Program-made: the position numbers and the translations under genes
The notes under the pieces: generated by a model
The model's database searches: none
Seen by the model: only the letters and a program-made list of their open reading frames with translations
Told to the model about the DNA's origin: nothing
In this document: in pieces, positions 60,308-64,000 of the stretch
Numbering within the stretch: the first letter of the stretch is position 1
Layout of the letters: each line of letters begins with the position of its first letter
Assembly (NCBI GenBank): GCA_964493485.1
Contig: CAZBMQ010000003.1
Coordinates: forward strand, 8,468-72,467
Reading direction: 5' to 3'
From: an uncultured Candidatus Saccharibacteria bacterium
GTDB taxonomy: Bacteria > Patescibacteriota > Minisyncoccia > Minisyncoccales > JANBVM01
DNA length: 64,000 bases

Positions 60308-61396
60308 TTATATTTTAAGATTAGCATTTACTTTTATTTTTTTCCAGCCTCTCTTCCCTCGCTCTATCCACTTAAGATAACCTGTGACAGCTACCATTAA
60401 TGCATTATCAGTGCAATATTTTTTCTGCGGAATTAAATATTTTACATTCAGTAATTCTTTTTTTATCTTTTTTCTGAATTGTGTTCTCAGTTCTTTATTT
60501 GCAACAACCCCGCCTCCTAACATTATTGTCTTTGCCTTGAATTCTTTAGCCGCCTTTATAGTTTTTGAAATCAAAACATCAATGACTGCTTGCTGCACTT
60601 CAGCAGCCATTGCTTTTATATATTCTTTTGATGCTTTTATTCTAGATTTTTCCTTCTTGTAAGTATATAAAGCTGCTGTCTTTAAGCCAGAAAAACTGAA
60701 GTCGTAATTCTTTTGATTCATCATAGGTCTTGGCAGAGAAATTTTAAATCTTGAACTCTCAGGTTTGAATTTTAAAGCTTCTTTCTCTATAGCGGGACCA
60801 CCGGGATATCCTAATCCCAACATCCTGCCTATTTTATCAAAACACTCACCAGCTGCATCGTCTCTGGTCTCTCCTAAAATCTTGTATTTGCCAATTTTTT
60901 TCACTAAAATCAATTGAGTATGCCCTCCGCTTACCACTAAACAAACAGCTGGGAAGATATCATGTCCAGAATTTAGAATTGAAAATTTAGAATTGTTTCT
61001 GATTCGCTTCAGCAAACCAGAAACAATATGGGCTTCGATATGATTTACCGGTACCAATGAAGTGTGTAATTCTTTTGCCAGTTTTTTTGCAAAGTTTACC
61101 CCAACCCAAAGACAAGGATCTAAACCGGGACCTATTGTAACGGCAATCAAATCAACCTTTTTTGGTTTATCTAAAAACTTAAACCTTTTTGCAATCTTTT
61201 CAAATAATACAGGTAGATTTTTCTGGTGCTCTCTCTTTGCCAAAAAAGGATACACGCCTCCATATTTTTGATGAATCTTTATCTGGGAAGAAAGAAGATT
61301 GGACAGTATTTCAATTTTTGGATTTTTCTTTCCTTGAGCTCTAATCACAGCAATTCCTGTATCATCACAGGATGTTTCAATTCCTAAAATAATCAT
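60308..61396 (-). CDS. tsaD: tRNA N6-threonylcarbamoyltransferase TsaD
   Basis: ILGIETSCDDT, NHIEAH, VSGGHT, DDAAGECFDK, FSFSGLKT, CTDNA. Confidence 0.96.
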   Translation of the reverse strand: MIILGIETSCDDTGIAVIRAQGKKNPKIEILSNLLSSQIKIHQKYGGVYPFLAKREHQKNLPVLFEKIAKRFKFLDKPKKVDLIAVTIGPGLDPCLWVGVNFAKKLAKELHTSLVPVNHIEAHIVSGLLKRIRNNSKFSILNSGHDIFPAVCLVVSGGHTQLILVKKIGKYKILGETRDDAAGECFDKIGRMLGLGYPGGPAIEKEALKFKPESSRFKISLPRPMMNQKNYDFSFSGLKTAALYTYKKEKSRIKASKEYIKAMAAEVQQAVIDVLISKTIKAAKEFKAKTIMLGGGVVANKELRTQFRKKIKKELLNVKYLIPQKKYCTDNALMVAVTGYLKWIERGKRGWKKIKVNANLKI

Positions 61397-61499
61397 AATT
61401 AAAAATAAAATTTATCTAAATGACTCTATTGTCTTAATTAGTATATGCTATCTTTTTCCTTGTTTTTTTTCAATTCTTGAGTTAGAATAGGTTTAATTC

Positions 61500-61571
61500 G
61501 CCGCCATCGTCTAACGGTTAGGACGTCGGGCTTTCAATCCGGCAATCGGAGTTCGACTCTCCGTGGCGGCA
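61500..61571 (+). tRNA. tRNA-Glu (TTC)
   Basis: Acceptor GCCGCCA/TGGCGGC, anticodon arm TCGGG-CTTTCAA-TCCGG, TTCGACT. Confidence 0.93.
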
Positions 61572-61622
61572 CAAATATGTGAAAATTATATCAAAGGAGT
61601 GTTTTCAGAAGAAGGAATGTAT

Positions 61623-63158
61623 ATGAATAAAGATTATTTAGAGATTTCAAAAACTGCAGATTTAAAAAATCCAAAAGAAAAAATTGTATACCGTGTGCTT
61701 GAAATTCTTCCTGGATTTTTATCTTGGACAACCTTAATTTTGGCCTTTATATTGTCTTGGCTGGCGCCGGCAGTAATTGCCGTTTTTATTATTCTTTTTG
61801 ACTTTTATTGGCTTTTAAGAATTTTTTATTTATCAGTACATCAAATATCAAGTTACAAAAGAATGAAGGAACATTTAAAAACTAATTGGATAGAAAAACT
61901 TAATCAACTCGGAAAAAATTGGAAAGAAATATATCATTTAATAATCCTCCCTACCTATAAAGAAGGGGAGGAAATAATTGCAGGCTCCTGCCAAGCCTTG
62001 GTAGATTGCGATTATCCAAAAGAAAAAATGATAGTGGTATTAGCTATAGAAGAAAGAGCAGGGGAGACAGCAAAACAAATAGCAAGAAATATCGAAAAGA
62101 GATTTGCACACTATTTTTTTAAGTTCCTTATAACAGTACATCCAAAAAATTTACCTGGAGAAGTAAAAGGGAAAGGGTCTAATACATATTGGGCATTAAA
62201 AGAAGTAGAAAGAAAAATAATTAAACCTTTAAATCTGAAGGAAGAGAATATTATAGTATCGAGCTTTGATATTGACACAAAGCCCTATTCACAATATTTT
62301 GCATGTCTAACTTTTTATTTTCTAACAGTAAAGAAACCTGAAAGATGTGCTTTCCAACCAATCCCTGTCTATAACAATAATATATGGTCTGCTCCAAATT
62401 TCTCCAGGGTAGTTGCCACCTCAAATACATTCTGGCAAATGATGCAACAAGAAAGACCAGAAGTGCTTGTCACTTATTCTTCCCATTCAATGCCGTTTAA
62501 GGTTTTAAAAGAAGTAGGATATCCAAAAAATGTAGTACCAGATGATTCAAGAATATTCTGGAAGGCTTTTCTTTATTATAATGGAGATTATCAGGTAATA
62601 CCTCTTTATTATCCTGTATCAATGGATGCTGTTTTAGCAAAAAATCTACCCAGAACAATAATAAATCAATATAAACAACAAAGGCGCTGGGCTTGGGGAT
62701 GTGTAGATATTCCATTTCTGTTGTTCGGTTTTTTAAAAAACAAAAAAATCCCTCTTTCTAAAAAACTGTATCTATCATGGAACATCTTGGATGGTTTCTG
62801 GGCTTGGGCTACAGTCTCTCTGCTAGTATTCTTTCTAGGATGGCTACCTTTAATCTTGGGGGGAGAAAAATTCAATATCACCCTTCTTTCATATAATCTG
62901 CCGCGTGTAACAAGAAATTTAATGACGGTCTCAATGACAGGAATGCTAATCTCCTGTATTATTAGTTTTTTAATTCTGCCTCCTAAGCCTAAAAATTTTA
63001 GCAGACTTAAGAATCTCTCATTATTTTTGCAGTGGTTATTATTGCCAATAACTTTAATAGTATTCGGAAGTATCCCCTGTTTAGATGCTCAAACAAGACT
63101 TATCTTGGGAAAATACTTAGAGTTTTGGGTTACTGAAAAAACAAGAGTAAAAGTATGA
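61623..63158 (+). CDS. Membrane-bound processive GT2-family glycosyltransferase
   Basis: ILPTYKE, GKGSN, FDID, DD, QQRRWAWG (QxxRW), flanking TMs; start 61623 or 61617 because the track start lies inside tRNA-Glu. Confidence 0.85.
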   Translation: MNKDYLEISKTADLKNPKEKIVYRVLEILPGFLSWTTLILAFILSWLAPAVIAVFIILFDFYWLLRIFYLSVHQISSYKRMKEHLKTNWIEKLNQLGKNWKEIYHLIILPTYKEGEEIIAGSCQALVDCDYPKEKMIVVLAIEERAGETAKQIARNIEKRFAHYFFKFLITVHPKNLPGEVKGKGSNTYWALKEVERKIIKPLNLKEENIIVSSFDIDTKPYSQYFACLTFYFLTVKKPERCAFQPIPVYNNNIWSAPNFSRVVATSNTFWQMMQQERPEVLVTYSSHSMPFKVLKEVGYPKNVVPDDSRIFWKAFLYYNGDYQVIPLYYPVSMDAVLAKNLPRTIINQYKQQRRWAWGCVDIPFLLFGFLKNKKIPLSKKLYLSWNILDGFWAWATVSLLVFFLGWLPLILGGEKFNITLLSYNLPRVTRNLMTVSMTGMLISCIISFLILPPKPKNFSRLKNLSLFLQWLLLPITLIVFGSIPCLDAQTRLILGKYLEFWVTEKTRVKV

Positions 63159-63871
63159 GTTATTCTATCTTAAACTATTCAATCTATATCTTCTTTGGGG
63201 CTCTGCCAAGTATTTTGTGGCTTCAATTTTATCTGAGGAAAGATGTAAAACCTGAACCGAAACTAATGATTTTAAAAGTGTTTTTCTTGGGTATATTAGC
63301 TACAGTACCTGCAATTTTTTTAGAAACGGCTTTTTTTGAAAAAATCAACACATTAAATCTCTCAGAACCTTTTATTTTATTTTTAAACATGTTCCTGGGA
63401 GTAGCTTTGGTAGAAGAATTCTTAAAGTTTTTTGTAATAAAAGAAATGGTTTTAGACAATCCTGAATTCGATGAACCGGTAGACGCTATGATTTATATGA
63501 TTGTTGCAGCTTTGGGCTTTGCAGCAGGAGAAAATCTTTTAATTTTATTCCCTCTTGTAAACTCTGGTATATGGGAAGAATTGTTTGAAATTTCACTTTT
63601 AAGATTTCTAGGGGCAACCTTTTTACACGCCCTTTCTTCTGGAATAATTGGATTCTTTATAGGTATTTCTTTTTTTGAAAAAGAAAAAAGAGAAAAATTA
63701 ATTTTTCAAGGACTCTGTTTTGCCACCATCTTGCATGGTTTTTATAATTTCTCTATAATTAAAATGGAAAAAGGTCTAAAAATGATAAGTGCTTTCTTTC
63801 TTTTAATGACAGCTGCTGTATTTATTTCTTTTGGATTTAAAAAACTTAAAAGAATGGCAGGGGTTGAATAA
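63155..63871 (+). CDS. PrsW-family intramembrane protease
   Basis: VEEFLK, LGFAAGEN, HAL, HGFYN motifs. Confidence 0.92.
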   Translation: MSYSILNYSIYIFFGALPSILWLQFYLRKDVKPEPKLMILKVFFLGILATVPAIFLETAFFEKINTLNLSEPFILFLNMFLGVALVEEFLKFFVIKEMVLDNPEFDEPVDAMIYMIVAALGFAAGENLLILFPLVNSGIWEELFEISLLRFLGATFLHALSSGIIGFFIGISFFEKEKREKLIFQGLCFATILHGFYNFSIIKMEKGLKMISAFFLLMTAAVFISFGFKKLKRMAGVE

Positions 63872-63882
63872 CAAAATCTTTT

Positions 63883-64000
63883 ATGAAAAATTCCTTTTTT
63901 CAAAAACTCAAAAAAGGAATGAAGCTAAATGAAACACCAAAGGAAGAAAAAGGGGAAATTAAAAATTCTGAAATAGAAGAAATCTCTATTGATCTAGAAG
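63883..64000 (+). CDS. Partial CDS running off the window edge (product not assignable)
   Basis: ATG 63883 MKNSFFQKLKKGMKLNETPKEE.., open to the end of the window. Confidence 0.55.
   Translation, partial: MKNSFFQKLKKGMKLNETPKEEKGEIKNSEIEEISIDLE

Noticed and set aside
61563-61616. ORF-track start of the glycosyltransferase
   Set aside because: Overlaps the tRNA-Glu acceptor stem; ATG 61617/61623 follows an AAGGA and fits better

Overview
AT-rich, gene-dense bacterial chromosome segment whose content points to Patescibacteria/CPR (Parcubacteria-like); this is inferred from the secG-orphan OppA pair, shortened UvrC and ValRS, tRNAs without encoded CCA, few Shine-Dalgarno sites and CPR-type pilus-associated proteins. 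The flanks hold housekeeping genes: uvrA, uvrC, secG, sugar-nucleotide enzymes, rnj, trpB2-trpS, a phosphohexomutase, ychF, rpsF-ssb-rpsR, recA, ftsK, rpoBC, rodA, ligA, recG, valS, tsaD and five tRNAs. The centre (30.1-53.0 kb) is a complete type IV pilus/competence locus with an adhesin island. Highlights: (1) two paralogous secreted PKD-scaffold proteins share a 309-bp identical C-terminal module and a PQWxExSP tail but carry different domains inserted into PKD loops (a 7-bladed integrin-alpha-like propeller with CxxC motifs versus a Cys-rich knot), and bracket a module with a UbiA prenyltransferase, a C16orf89-like protein and Cys-rich surface proteins; (2) an unannotated Trp-leader attenuator upstream of a lone trpB2; (3) dispersed heptamer-repeat hairpins that also appear as in-frame protein insertions; (4) a recurrent AAAGGTCG 5'-UTR motif and leaderless promoters. 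No CRISPR array, integrase, transposase, reverse transcriptase or rRNA gene was seen. All family calls come from motif recognition by eye, not database searches.
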